Positions 50,763 through 63,000 of a stretch of 64,000 nt of DNA are shown one piece after another; within the stretch, counting starts at the first letter, position 1, and every line of letters starts with the position of its first letter. This DNA is from Macrostomum lignano (lineage: Eukaryota), in contig NIVC01000415.1 in NCBI GenBank assembly GCA_002269645.1, forward strand, positions 372,001-436,000. Reading direction: 5' to 3'. The position numbers and the translations under genes are program-made. Under the pieces are notes generated by a model, which did not search any database, was not told the origin of the DNA, and was given only the letters and a program-made list of their open reading frames with translations.

Positions 50763-53700
50763 CTGCAAAGTGGATGCGAAACTGTTTGAGTACCATGTCA
50801 GTGAGAGGACTGTCATTCTACTAATGCCACCAGTATTCTTCATAGTATATGAATATACATTTTATAAGAATTTTTTAAGAAGATAATTCTGAGCTACGAG
50901 CGTAATTCAGAGAAAAGTTGGCCAACTGGTTTTTTATGTTCAGTTTTTCATATTTCTTATTTTATTTGCTCGTTAACCCCAATTGATCTGCAGTTTAGCT
51001 TTAACTTTAATGCAAATACAAACGTATCTACGAGTAAGTCTGGATACTATGGACGTTTAGTACCTTGTTGGGTACAATATTACGTACGATGGGACAAGGG
51101 AGGCAAGTTCGAGCTACGCCGAAGACCAGAGCCAGAGCAAAGTACTCATTTTCGTTTAATTAGCTGTCCAGCTTATTTTGCTTGATCTTCAAGAATACAG
51201 GAATTCTTTAATTTCCACATGCAACAACTCCCGTGGCTTTTTACGCTATAGAAATACACTTAGCATCATGGACAACTAGAGTCTAGAGTTTAGTTGTCCA
51301 TGCTTAGCATCAGTGCTCGTCTAGGGATTCCTATATTTCAGAAAAAATATTTGAAAACGAAGTGTATTTGTCTATAGTGCAATGTTTTACGAATTTTCCC
51401 CTGCTGTATAGTCTCATCTAGATCGTTGTTCTTCACGTGCGAGAAAGTGTGTAGCTACTTTTCATCGGAGGCGGAGATCCTTACCAAAGGAAGCGCGCCT
51501 CTTTCCATCGATAGTGACTTCAGAGCACATAAAGTCTGACTTACAGTCAGTACCCCACTACCTTCACCCTCTCGGTCAGAGAGAAACTGGTGATGAAGAA
51601 CGTGACAGCTAAAGCAGAAATCTGCTTGTGAAAGCACTGTAAATGGTGGGGCAGATTGACTGACACAAGTGCCAGAAAACCAGTGATGTCATCCTTGTGT
51701 AGAAATTCCATTGCCACTTCCTTGGATCGCCGCATGGCATTCTCTCTGCAACTCTCTGAAGATTCCAGATTGGTCGAGCGCTCCGGTGTGCTTTTTCCTG
51801 CTCAAATAGAGGGAGCATTAGGAAGGATGCAGAGTACAGCATCAGCTGTCAGGCGCCGATTTTCAAGTGTTGCTGGTCGTCTGCAACAGGCCTTTTGCAT
51901 CGAGGACTTAAATTTTGCGACGAAATCACGAAGGATTGGTCCTGGAAGTGCAGGGAGCAGACCCGATGGTAGGAGCGAAGCGAACATAGAGGCTTCCTTG
52001 TCCCACGGCTCGAACAAATTACTTTATAAGAACAAATATAAGAGAAAGAGCAAAGAGCTTTAGCAGCTGAACAAAAGCTCAAACATCAACAGCATTTCCA
52101 GGGAAGGGCGGCAGACTGAAAAGTGCACTGCTGAAAATAATGGGCTTGGAGGCGTTCAACATTGGTAGCTGATACAATAGTTCCACTGGAGCACAGCTGA
52201 CAAGTCGCTGAGCGAGCTGAAGGGGATCATCCTGAAGGGGACAGTTTCAGTCCAAGAAACTCTAGACTGCAGCGCCAAGCCGATGACGATGTTCCGAAAC
52301 GCGCGTGGAAGCTTCGAGCGGCATCTGAGAATTGCGACTTCAGTTCAGAAACGCAGAAGCAAGATGGCAACCGACGGGTCCTTCGAAACTGGAAAGCCGA
52401 CTCGTTACCAATTCATATTTGGGATTACTAACCAAGAGGCACTTATTATCCGACCTTTCGCTTAGAAAAATTGCAACAGCTCACGAGGCAGTCAAGAGGT
52501 CAAACAAGAACTGGCAACCAGAACAAGGCTTAATTTGCACATTGGCTGCACGGGACAGCCAAGAAGATACCAGGGACCTCCGCGATATATTACCTGCACA
52601 GATACAATTATGGATGAGAACCTCGACCTTAGTTACTAAATGGTAATACATCACCGAGGTCACAGAAGGTACCACAGATACTAAGGGTATTTACAACAGG
52701 TATTTAGTATATGTGGAAAGTACTATTGATAAAATAGTGTACAACTAATAATAGGGCTTATATCCATCCCAAATGTCCGTTATTGTCAGTGGGACGGAAG
52801 CACAACTGAAGTTTACCAACTATCTACCATGAATCTTTATGTTAATCTCTGAACGAGTGATGAAGAGTTCATAAGTTTCTGCAAAAATGGACCAAATGGG
52901 AGAGTCACCGATCCGAACTCAGATCGCATTTGTTATCAAGAATTAACCGCGAGAATTCGAGCAAGTTAATGAAATTATTAAGGCTTATATTATCTATTCA
53001 ATATTATAGTATTAATACATTCTACAGATGATTAGGGATGCTATGAGTCAGTTAAAACAAAACTAATATATTCACTGCAGAGTGACACGGAAAAATAAAC
53101 TCATATTAGTTATTGGACTCGCTCGTGCATTGGCAGTTTAGTACAATACATTGATCGATTTTATCAGTTCAGCTTCTGCACTTACTTGGAGACCAGTGAA
53201 ATCAGCAGGCCTATGGTTAGAAACCAGCTCAGAAAATGGCACATTTTCCGTATATTGACTGTCGAATAGCAATTTATTAATCAGAGAGAACCGTTTCACT
53301 GCGAATGGGTCGAGCTTGTGTAATCGGTTCAAAAAAGTGCCTGTTTTTATGGTAACGCCGCCACGTCAGGCATTCTAGCTGGCTTAGAAATGGGCTTGGT
53401 TTGTTTCCTATCAATTATGTACTGAGCCAGCAGCATATTTTTTAGAAAAAGATGCACAAGTGTTATGAAAATGCTAAGTACTGTACACTGCTACAGATTA
53501 AGTACGTTATTGTGTAGCGTGCGATGTGCACACTGCATTTCGAACTTGCCGACAATAGTGTGTACACTCCATGGCAGCAAAGCTCAAGATAGCTCCAAAG
53601 CTTTCTGCTCAGAATTCAGTTACAACTTTTGTTATTTTTGAAGCAGCTTTTCTGAAAACAAACTAGCAAGACGAAATTTTATAGCGAAACATTAGGCAGC

Positions 53701-54124
53701 GAAGAAAAATCAAAAGAATGAAAAATTCTGAGTAAACAAGACACGCGCAGCCTCCCAAACACATCACGACATCACGCACCCACCCCAGCCAAGCCAGATA
53801 CCTCAGCCCGCGTAGTTTAAACGTGTTGGTGTCCTTAGCACAAATATACTCGTACGCTCGTACAAAGATAAACGAAAATACGCATTAGAACTAAAAGAAG
53901 CTGAATATAACCTTTTGTCAAAAACTTGAGTAATTAACATGACACAATTTACAAAACGGGCACAATGCAAAATAAAAGTGTGCATAGCTAATCAATGTGA
54001 CTTTAAAAAACTCACACAGCAGTATCAAAATCAATGACATAAGAAGTCTGCAATTCACGACTTTTACTTGGGGGACCATCTACTCGTAACTAAGGTTGAT
54101 TTCCATTAAAAAGTCAATTTTTAC

Positions 54125-54546
54125 TTAGCTACCTTCCCGTGATCTTCTGCGCCGGCCCAGGCGTTTCTTTCAGGGCCCTCCTCGTCGTAACCTGAACGGC
54201 GGACTACCGACAGATGAATGACGGCGGACTCACTCGTAAGACTGTCGCCGTCAGCACCAAGACAGCATGCAGCAATCACCAGTGCACCAGCACTAATGAT
54301 CGGATAGTTAAAGCTTGATTCTTCTGAAAAATGAGTCATTTCTTTCCCTTGCTGAATGCTTTGTCCTCTGAGCAGAAAGCTCTGGTCTGGACTCGGCATC
54401 AGCAAAGCGACTCTGCAGCTGATTCAGAAGATTCACCAGCTCAATGAAGCTGCAGAGCTCGGCACGGAGCGCGCAGTCTCCGGCCCACACGGTGCTAGAT
54501 ACGACCTTCAAATGACTCAACATTGAGATAAGACAGAAAACAGACC
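54125..54546 (-). pseudogene. Decayed paralog of the lectin-gene terminal exon
   Basis: CCGGAGACTGCGCGCTCCGTGCCGAGC (PETARSVPS) is near-identical to 49490-49520, but the following similarity and a TM-like segment fall in different frames. Confidence 0.5.
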
Positions 54547-54574
54547 TGTGAACATATTGAACTCATTTTCTGTA

Positions 54575-55145
54575 ACAAAGACACTTGCAAACACAATCTG
54601 TACCATAGACACTTGCAAACACAATCTGTACCATAGACACAACACATCTGTACCATAAACACTTGCAAACACAATCTGTACTATAGACACTTACAAACAC
54701 AATCTGTACTATTGACACTTACAAACAAAATCTGTACCATAGACACTTGCAAACACAATCTGTACCATAGACACTTGCCAACACATCTGTACCATAAACA
54801 CTTGCAAACACAATCTGTACTATAGACACTTGCAAACACAATCTGTACTATTTACACTTACAAACAAAATCTGTACCATAGACACTTGCAAACACAATCT
54901 GTACCATAGACACTTGCAAACACAATCTGTACCATAGACACTTGCAAACACAATCTGTACCATAGACACTTGCAAACACAATCTGTACCATAGACACTTG
55001 CAAACACAATCTGTACCATAAACACTTGCAAACACAATCTGTACCATAGACACTTGCAAACACAATCTGTACCATAGACACTTGCAAACACAATCTGTAC
55101 CATAGACACTTGCAAACACAATCTGTACCATAGACACTTGCGAAC
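54575..55145. repeat. 28-bp minisatellite family X, array 2
   Basis: Tandem TCTGTACCATAGACACTTGCAAACACAA. Confidence 0.95.
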
Positions 55146-55344
55146 ACAGCGTATAATACTCGTACTAAATACGAGTATAGTCATAAATAATAACTAAAAT
55201 AAAATAAAGTATGATAACATTAGCATCTTTAAGGCACCGCCATAATTCTGTTGATGAGTAAAAAGGTCGAGACAAAAATATGGAAAAAAAAGCTACCGAA
55301 AGGATATTCGAACTCCAGATTCAAGTTTACCACAGTTGAACGTA

Positions 55345-55590
55345 CGAGGGGTGTCCCAAAAGTTCCCGGAATGTCTAACGTAACTCTTCAACAGAGCCAT
55401 GAAATTTCACGCCCATGGTGTCAAATGAAAGGAAATTTTGTCACAAAGAATACAAAGTTAAAATCATGTTGATATCTTTTTTTATTCAAGAGCTACAGCA
55501 AGAAACTTGCGCAAAGGTCAGGGGTAGTGTTACACAACCTCAATAATCTATGGCAATAATTTTTTCATCTCCATTTTTGGGGGAAATATA
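55345..55590 (+). mobile_element. Mariner-like TIR fragment / truncated MITE
   Basis: TA|CGAGGGGTGTCCCAAAAGTT start; the segment is absent from the paralogous sequence near 59190; no matching right TIR found. Confidence 0.5.
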
Positions 55591-56515
55591 TATATGCAGG
55601 CAGTGATCTCTTCGTGCAAAAACATTCTGGTAACATCCTGTCTTGCGTGTTCTTTTTTCAATCGAATAAGAGCTATATATTGTTTCCTAAATTTATTAAA
55701 TCGTACATGTATCGATTCTCCTTTTTTCTTTCTTTTTTAAAAGTTCAAATAGTTAAATTCTAAGTTTGTTTTTTTGTTTTCTTTTCCCTTTAAAAAAACT
55801 TAATCATTAATCAGTCAATCGCTCCTTGCATTGTTCCTGGATTCAGTGGTTCGCTTAGTAAATTGATATTTTATAGTACAGTTTGCCGTGTATACTACTC
55901 ATGTTTATTGCAGCGTCTTTGCTTCAGTAAACAAGGCTTTATACAACGCGAACCGATTACTGCGTTGTGCGTGTGAAATGTACAGCTACAAGTAGTATAA
56001 TACGAGTACACGTATTTTGCTTGTGAAAGTTTGAGACGATAATAAATTCTTTTAAACAAAAATCAGCTATCTTTCTCAACTTTCAAAAGAGTAAATAAAT
56101 AAAACGAAATCATTTTTCATGAATCACTTTCACGCACATTTTTTATATTGAGGGAAAACTTGACGTATTTTTAATTCGTTACAATATGTTTTGACACTGC
56201 ATATAGATTTTTAAAGTGGGTGTTAAAGGAAGTGGGGGCATATGGTTATACTATACGCGCGATCTACGATAGAAGTTTACCAAAAAATTACAGAGAATTC
56301 GAAAAAAATGTAACTTCCGTGTATTGCAAAAGCAGAAATTTGGTAGGTTTTTTCTGACTTATTTGTTGACTGTGGTTACCACAAAAACGTTCGATGCATG
56401 TGAAAGCGCTTTGAAACGAAACAACAAGTAGGTGCAAGGACGAATTTGTTCCTAAAAAAATGAAGCGTGGTGCCACAAACAGAAAACAGACACTTGTCTC
56501 CGAGAAACCGAGCCC

Positions 56516-56788
56516 TCAGCAGCTCAAAATGAGCATCCGCCAGCTAGCTAGCGCTTTCCAAAGCGCGATTATGCTGCCCCAGCGATATCCATTCGGTCCA
56601 TTCCACCAAAAACGCCAGCTGTTGTCTCCGGAACTGGTCGGCTGGTTTGAGTCCCGACTCTGCAGCAGAGGCTGGTAGGACAGCTGCGTCGAGTACCAGA
56701 GCATTCGGCTGTTCCAAGGAGCCGCCTGCACAGGCGCAAGCACGCCTACATGCAGCAGCAGAACTAGTAGGAAACCGTAGCGACTCAT
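56516..56788 (-). CDS. Trp-rich small secreted-peptide precursor, copy 2 (90 aa)
   Basis: Same frame as copy 1; ATG at 56788 (the track start at 56800 is a TTG); TATAAATA at 56878-56871; AATAAA at 55909-55904. Confidence 0.68.
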   Translation of the reverse strand: MSRYGFLLVLLLHVGVLAPVQAAPWNSRMLWYSTQLSYQPLLQSRDSNQPTSSGDNSWRFWWNGPNGYRWGSIIALWKALASWRMLILSC

Positions 56789-57664
56789 GCTCAAGTACAA
56801 GCTTTCTCAGTTGTCTCAAGGGTCGCTCTACAGCGAAGCGAAGCATGAAAATTATTGACTCGCCAAACTGTATTTATACCGGCGGATTGGTTTGAACTCG
56901 AAGTTAGGAACGGGCCAATAGGGACAGAGGTCGGATGTCTTGGAATTTGTACGGATCCCGGGAAACACAGACAGAGAGGACAGAGTTCCGAGGTGCCGGG
57001 GACTGACGTAATTCGACTCTCGCGTCTATCCCGGTGTTACGGTTTAGAATCTCCGGGGCTCCAGCCAATTTTGGGTCGCCGATCCGGAGACTGCAAACGG
57101 GCTGGGATCTCGGACCGGAGACCTTAAAGGGTTTAAAATCTCCTTCATGAAATACAAGCCTCCCCGCGCTACGAGATCCCTAATCCTTGTGGGATCTCCA
57201 GGGCAAGGTCAGGTCTCTCTATCCGGAGATCCCGATCTCCGTCACGAGCGCAAAAACTATAAAGGTTTGATTTGGGATCTCCGGGTTTAAAAAAACTGGA
57301 GATTCGTTCAAATTCAGAGTATTTGATTCAAGTAGCTATTCGACGATTAGAAAGTAAGAAAATCGCAAATTGACAACTGATTATCATAAGCTAATTTACT
57401 GCTCATATACAATTTGCCATAATTTCACCTATAGCTGTCGCGTTCAATGGCCCATTCCAAATAAGATGACAAAACACCGAAAAGAACTCTTTAAATACCC
57501 CTCGTAACTGCTCCCACTGATAAAATCATTAATTCACCCAGATCAATTAGGGCAACTGGCAACAACGGAGCATGATATTTTAACCGCCTAAATATATGTA
57601 CGCTCGTATTTAGGGCAGCAGCACCAGGCGTAAAGAGGCGCCAGAGCCATACTGTAAGGAAGCG

Positions 57665-58790
57665 CCAACACATTTGTACCATAGACACTTACCAACAAAA
57701 TCTGTACCATAGACACTTGCCAACAAAATCTGTACCATAGACACTTGCCAACAAAATCTGTACCATAGACACTCACCAACACAATCTGTACCATAGACAC
57801 TTACCAACAAAATCTGTACCATAGACACTCACCAACACAATCTGTACCATAGACACTTGCAAACACAATCTGTACCATAGACACTTGCAAACACAATCTG
57901 TACCATAGACACTCACCAACACAATCTGTACCATAGACACTTGCAAACACAATCTGTACCATAGACACTTGCAAACACAATCTGTACCATAGACACTTGC
58001 AAACACAATCTGTACCATAGACACTCACCAACACAATCTGTACCATAGACACTTACCAACACAATCTGTACCATAGACACTTACCAACAAAATCTGTACC
58101 ATAGACACTCACCAACACAATCTGTACCATAGACACTTGCAAACACAATCTGTACCATAGACACTTACCAACAAAATCTGTACCATAGACACTTACCAAC
58201 ACAATCTGTACCATAGACACTTGCCAACAAAATCTGTACCATAGACACTTGCAAACACAATCTGTACCATAGACACTCACCAACACAATCTGTACCATAG
58301 ACACTTGCAAACACAATCTGTACCATAGACACTTACCAACAAAATCTGTACCATAGACACTTACCAACAAAATCTGTACCATAGACACTTACCAACAAAA
58401 TCTGTACCATAGACACTTACCAACACAATCTGTACCATAGACACTTGCAAACACAATCTGTAACATAGACACTTACCAACACAATCTGTACCATAGACAC
58501 TTGCAAACATAATCTGTACCATAGACACTTGCAAACACAATCTGTACCATAGACACTTACCAACACAATCTATACCATAGACACTTGCAAACACAATCTG
58601 TACCATAGACACTCACCAACTCAATCTGTACCATAGACACTTGCAAACACAATCTGTACCATAGACACTTACCAACACAATCTGTACCATAGACACTTGC
58701 AAACACAATCTGTACCATAGACACTCACCAACACAATCTGTACCATAGACACTTGCAAACACAATCTGTACCATAGACACTTGCAAACAC
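57665..58790. repeat. 28-bp minisatellite family X, array 3
   Basis: ~40 units with CTTAC/CTCAC/CTTGC variants. Confidence 0.96.
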
Positions 58791-59793
58791 ACAGTGTATA
58801 ATATGTAGATAAATAAAGGCAAACACTGAAAAAAATTATTAATACTTTTTTACGGAATAAAAGATAAAACCACAGAATAGAACTGTGGATAAAACGGTGC
58901 AAGTGCTGAAATTATCCGTTTATTGTAGGAACACAATAAACAGGATTAATCTTGTGCATGATCGCAGGAAGTTAAATGATAAAATACTAACTGGAATGAT
59001 GAGCGATAGTCCCAATTATCTTAATATACTAAATATAGTCATTATTAAATAACTAAAGCATGATAACATTAGCATCTTCAGGGCACCGCCATAATTCTAT
59101 TGGGAAGTAAAAATATCGAGACAAAAATATGGAAAAATAAAATAAGTGAAAGTATTCGAACTCTAGATTCAAATTCACCACAATAGAACGCATTTATAGA
59201 AGTTGGCAATGAGCAGGCAGTGGTCTCTTTGTGTACAAAATTTTTGCAAGAAAAATATGATCTGGAATATCAGCAAGTTAATTCAAAGCTGCTAAAAAAA
59301 GAGGCACAAAAGTTTTTTCCATTATTTTTATTGGTAAAATATTATTATTCTGAGTTATACTACTCATAGTAGAGAAAAGGACGCGTGAAAAGGACGCGAG
59401 GTTTACATGAAATACGAGATTAAATTATAGAAAAGTTTAGCAGACAGAACTGGAATGACAACACAAGGATATCTGGATATTTACACGTAGACAGTGCAGG
59501 GTCTTCTCGGAGAGTAACCTGGATTGGATAGCTATAATGACAGTTCAAAAATGATGCAAGAGAACGCAGTAAAATCTATAAAGTAGTTCAATCAACTCCA
59601 TAAAAATTTAGACAGGAAAATTATTTTATTGTCAGATATTTTCTTTAAGAACTTTTTGGCATTAACTTTAAATAACTCCAGTCCAGATGCTACCTCTAGA
59701 AGTCTTTGGCATCGCCTAAAGATAATTCCAGTCCAGAGGCTGATCTCTTTAAGTCTTTGGCCATTTTTTACATTTGAGCCAAATTTAGTCAAA

Positions 59794-60112
59794 GGGGGTT
59801 GTCGCCTAGTGATTACATGTAGAGCGTCAAACTCACGAATTGAAGGTCGGGGTTTCGATTCCTGATCCCACCTGGAACAATTTGTGTCCTTGAGCAAGAC
59901 GCTTCACTCTGCATTGCTTCAGTTCACACAGCTGTAAAATGGGTGCCAGCATTAGCTGGGGTAATTGAGGCTGTGTGTCAACCCGCCAGTCCTTGGACTG
60001 AACAGCCGTACGCAGCCTTCAGATGCGCCGCGCAATAGCTGCGGCTGAGCTGTCGGTTGCACATCTGGCCCAATTGGGGCAGGTGTAATCAATTATTGTT
60101 ATTATTATATTA
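59794..60112 (+). mobile_element. tRNA-derived SINE copy 3 (uninterrupted)
   Basis: Full head-body-tail, (TTA)-rich tail, TTAGTC(C)AAA flanking duplication; empty site at ~42672. Confidence 0.9.
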
Positions 60113-60332
60113 TTAGTCCAAATTCTACCTTTAAAAGTCTTTGAACTCCCTTCAAGGACAATTCCAGTCTAGACACTATCTTTAGAGATCTTTGGCCCTA
60201 TTTTACATGAAAAAGAAATTAGCCGAGTTATCAATGCACACAACTATCCCAGTCCAGATACTATCTATAGATTTAGAAGTCCATTACATGGCTACAAAAG
60301 ATCAAACCGATCCCTGATCCCACAATGAGCCG

Positions 60333-60648
60333 TCAGTTGCTAAACAGGGCTCGCAAATTCTTTGCCATTCCTTCCGGAGGCAGTTCGCCCCGACCCCTGG
60401 CCTCCAGCAGTCGCTGACCGTCGACCTCGCCGCTGTCAGCTGGGTCGTCCCGAACTTCGAATTTCGGTTGTCGAAACGAGCGCTGTCCGAACCGCAGCCG
60501 GGCTTCGGTGTCCGACGATGTTCGCGCTGAGTCGCGAGATTGATCGAATTTTTGGCGCCAAAGTCGCAGCATTGATTTGGTGTTGTTGGCTGGGGGCAGC
60601 TCGCTCTGATCCTCGGGTGAGTCATCAAGCTTCTCATCCTGTTGCTGC

Positions 60649-60680
<32 letters not shown>

Positions 60681-60726
60681 TTGCTGCTGCTGTTGCTGCT
60701 GCTGTTGCTGCTGCTGTTGCTGTTGC

Positions 60727-60769
<43 letters not shown>

Positions 60770-60884
60770 GTTGTTGCTGCTGCTGCTTCTGCTGCTGCTG
60801 CTGATGCTGCTGCTCTGGAGGCAGAGCGATCTCCGTTGGCTTGGGACGGCACACATTGGATGCAGATCGGCTGATGCTAATGGG
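60333..60884 (-). CDS. ELPP-motif/polyQ gene copy 2, long terminal exon
   Basis: CTGCAG| phase 0; ~55-residue polyQ; SELPPANNTKSMLRLWRQK and GELPPEGMAKNLRALFSN*. Confidence 0.72.
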
Positions 60885-61341
60885 CTGCAGTTGCAAAATT
60901 GTAGGAAATCATTATGGATATATCCAAGGATTGCTAATCTATCTAACTGTATTGATATAGGGAATATAATGGAATACTAAACATATACCTTACCTAAAAC
61001 GAATTCAAAGGGACCCAACCCAATAAGGGTTATTAATCAGACGTGGAACGCATAGGTAAGGTTCTGCGAGCAGCTGTCTTTTCCCAGCAGGAATTATAAA
61101 GGAACAGGGTTTCAAAGCTGATGGCTGACGGCTAGGCGAGAGAAAATTGCTTAGGAAAAAATGTTACAAACGTCTGATGCTGGGCAGGAAAAACGGCTTC
61201 TTATGAAAAGAAGAAGCGAGACAAGAATGGTCCCATCTGCTGGGAAGGCAAGCACTTTAAAGCCAGGTGCAGATTGGGCCCCGTGGCGCCTGGGTAATAA
61301 GCATAGGATTTCCTCTTTGCAGATCTGTGCTACAGACTTTT

Positions 61342-61377
61342 TCATGCTAGCACGCGGCCGGAGAAAGGTGCAACCTG
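61342..61377 (-). CDS. Putative short alternative terminal exon (QVAPFSGRVLA*), copy 2
   Basis: TCTCAG|CAG acceptor, conserved with 43742-43777. Confidence 0.45.
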   Translation of the reverse strand, partial: QVAPFSGRVLA

Positions 61378-61650
61378 CTGAGATTAGAATTCCAACCTAC
61401 TCAAACTCGAACTCCACCCTACACAAACTTGAATTCCCAACCTACTCAAACTCAAATCCCACCTTATTCAAACTCGAATTCGGACAACCTACTCAAACTC
61501 AAACTCCACCCTACTCAAACTGAAACTCAAATGTACTCAAACTCGAACTCCACCCTACTCAAACTCGAATCCGACCCTACTCAAACCCGAATTCCAACCT
61601 ACTGAAACTTGCTTACCGAACTCACGGGGCCAATTAGAAAGTCTACTTAC

Positions 61651-61932
61651 TTTAACTACATCAGTCGTTGCCGCCGATCCAAGGGATTTCACTAGAGAGC
61701 CTCTCCTTCCGCCGCCTCTCAAGTCAGCAGCGGGTTTATTGGACGCCAATCCTCCCAGAGTTCCAGCTGCCTCCTTCTGGCGCCACAAATTAAGCAAAGC
61801 CTTGGCTGTGCCTTGTTCCGGCAGGCAGTCTTTGTTGCTGGGATCGTCCGCTGCTGGCTGGTCGTCTTTTAAGGCTTCGAGCGGCTCCAAAACAACTGCG
61901 GTCACTGCCACAGGCGGCGCCGGAGAAGTTGG
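61651..61932 (-). CDS. ELPP-motif/polyQ gene copy 2, internal exon
   Basis: TTTTCACAG| PTSPAPP..DCLPEQGTAKALLNLWRQKE..VVK |GTAAGT, 282 nt, phase 0-0. Confidence 0.72.
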
Positions 61933-62049
61933 CTGTGAAAATGACAGATCAGATTAACTGATACTTCCCCAGTTTTTGTAGGAAAGGGTCACCTTAAACA
62001 AGTTGATTGATAGTGCTTCTGATTGACAGAGGGCAGAGGGTAGTACTGG

Positions 62050-62900
62050 GAGGTCAAGAAGGTAGAGAGGGGAGAGAGAGGGGGAGAGGGTAGAGAGAGG
62101 GAGAGAGGGTAGAGAGAAGGGGAGAGGATAGAGAGAGGGGGGAGAGGGTAGAGAGAAGGGGAGAGGATAGAGAGAGGGGGAGAGGGTAGAGAGAAGGGGA
62201 GAGGATAGAGAGAAGGGGAGAGGATAGAGAGAGGGGAGAGGGTAGAGAGAAGGGGAGAGGGTAGAGAGAAGGGGAGAGGATAGAGAGAAGGGGAGAAGAT
62301 AGAGAGAGGGGGAGAGGGTAGGGAGAAGGGGAGAGGGTAGAGAGAGGGGGAGAGGGTAGAGAGAAGGGGAGAGGGTAGAGAGAAGGGGAGAGGGTAGAGA
62401 GAAGGGGAGAGGATAGAGAGAAGGGGAGAGGATAGAGAGAGGGGGAGAGGGTAGGGAGAAGGGGAGAGGGTAGAGAGAGGGGGAGAGGGTAGAGAGAAGG
62501 GGAGAGGGTAGAGAGAGGGGGAGAGGGTAGAGAGAAGGGGAGAGGGTAGAGAGAAGGGGAGAGGATAGAGAGAGGGGAGAGGGTAGAGAGAAGGGGAGAG
62601 GGTAGAGAGAAGGGGAGAGGATAGAGAGGAGGGGAGAGGATAGAGAGAGGGGGAGAGGGTAGGGAGAAGGGGAGAGGGTAGAGAGAGGGGGAGAGGGTAG
62701 ACGGTAGAGAGAAGGGGAGAGGGTAGAGAGAGGGGGAGAGGGTAGAGAGAAGGGGAGAGGGTAGAGACGGGAGAGTAGAGGGTAGAGAGTGGAGAGAAGA
62801 GGGGAGAGGGGAGAGCAGAGGGTAGAGAGGGGGAGGAGAGGGTAGAGAGTGGAGGACATAGGGTGAGGAGGGGATAAAAGGAGAGAGAAGAGGGCAGAAA
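62050..62900. repeat. GA-rich intronic minisatellite (GGGGAGAGGGTAGAGAGAAG)
   Basis: Tandem ~20-bp purine units. Confidence 0.9.
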
Positions 62901-63000
62901 GAAGCAAGGAGAGTGCAAGAGAAATATTTAAGCTAATAAGATATGAACAGGAGAAAAGCTCCATTCTGGAATTGTGGCATATAAAAGCGCCACAGCTTAC

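Noticed and set aside
57035-57310. GATCTC/GGAGAT-rich insertion specific to duplication copy 2, as a MITE
   Set aside because: Only a ~10-bp imperfect inverted match and no clear TSD, so it is not classifiable from this copy
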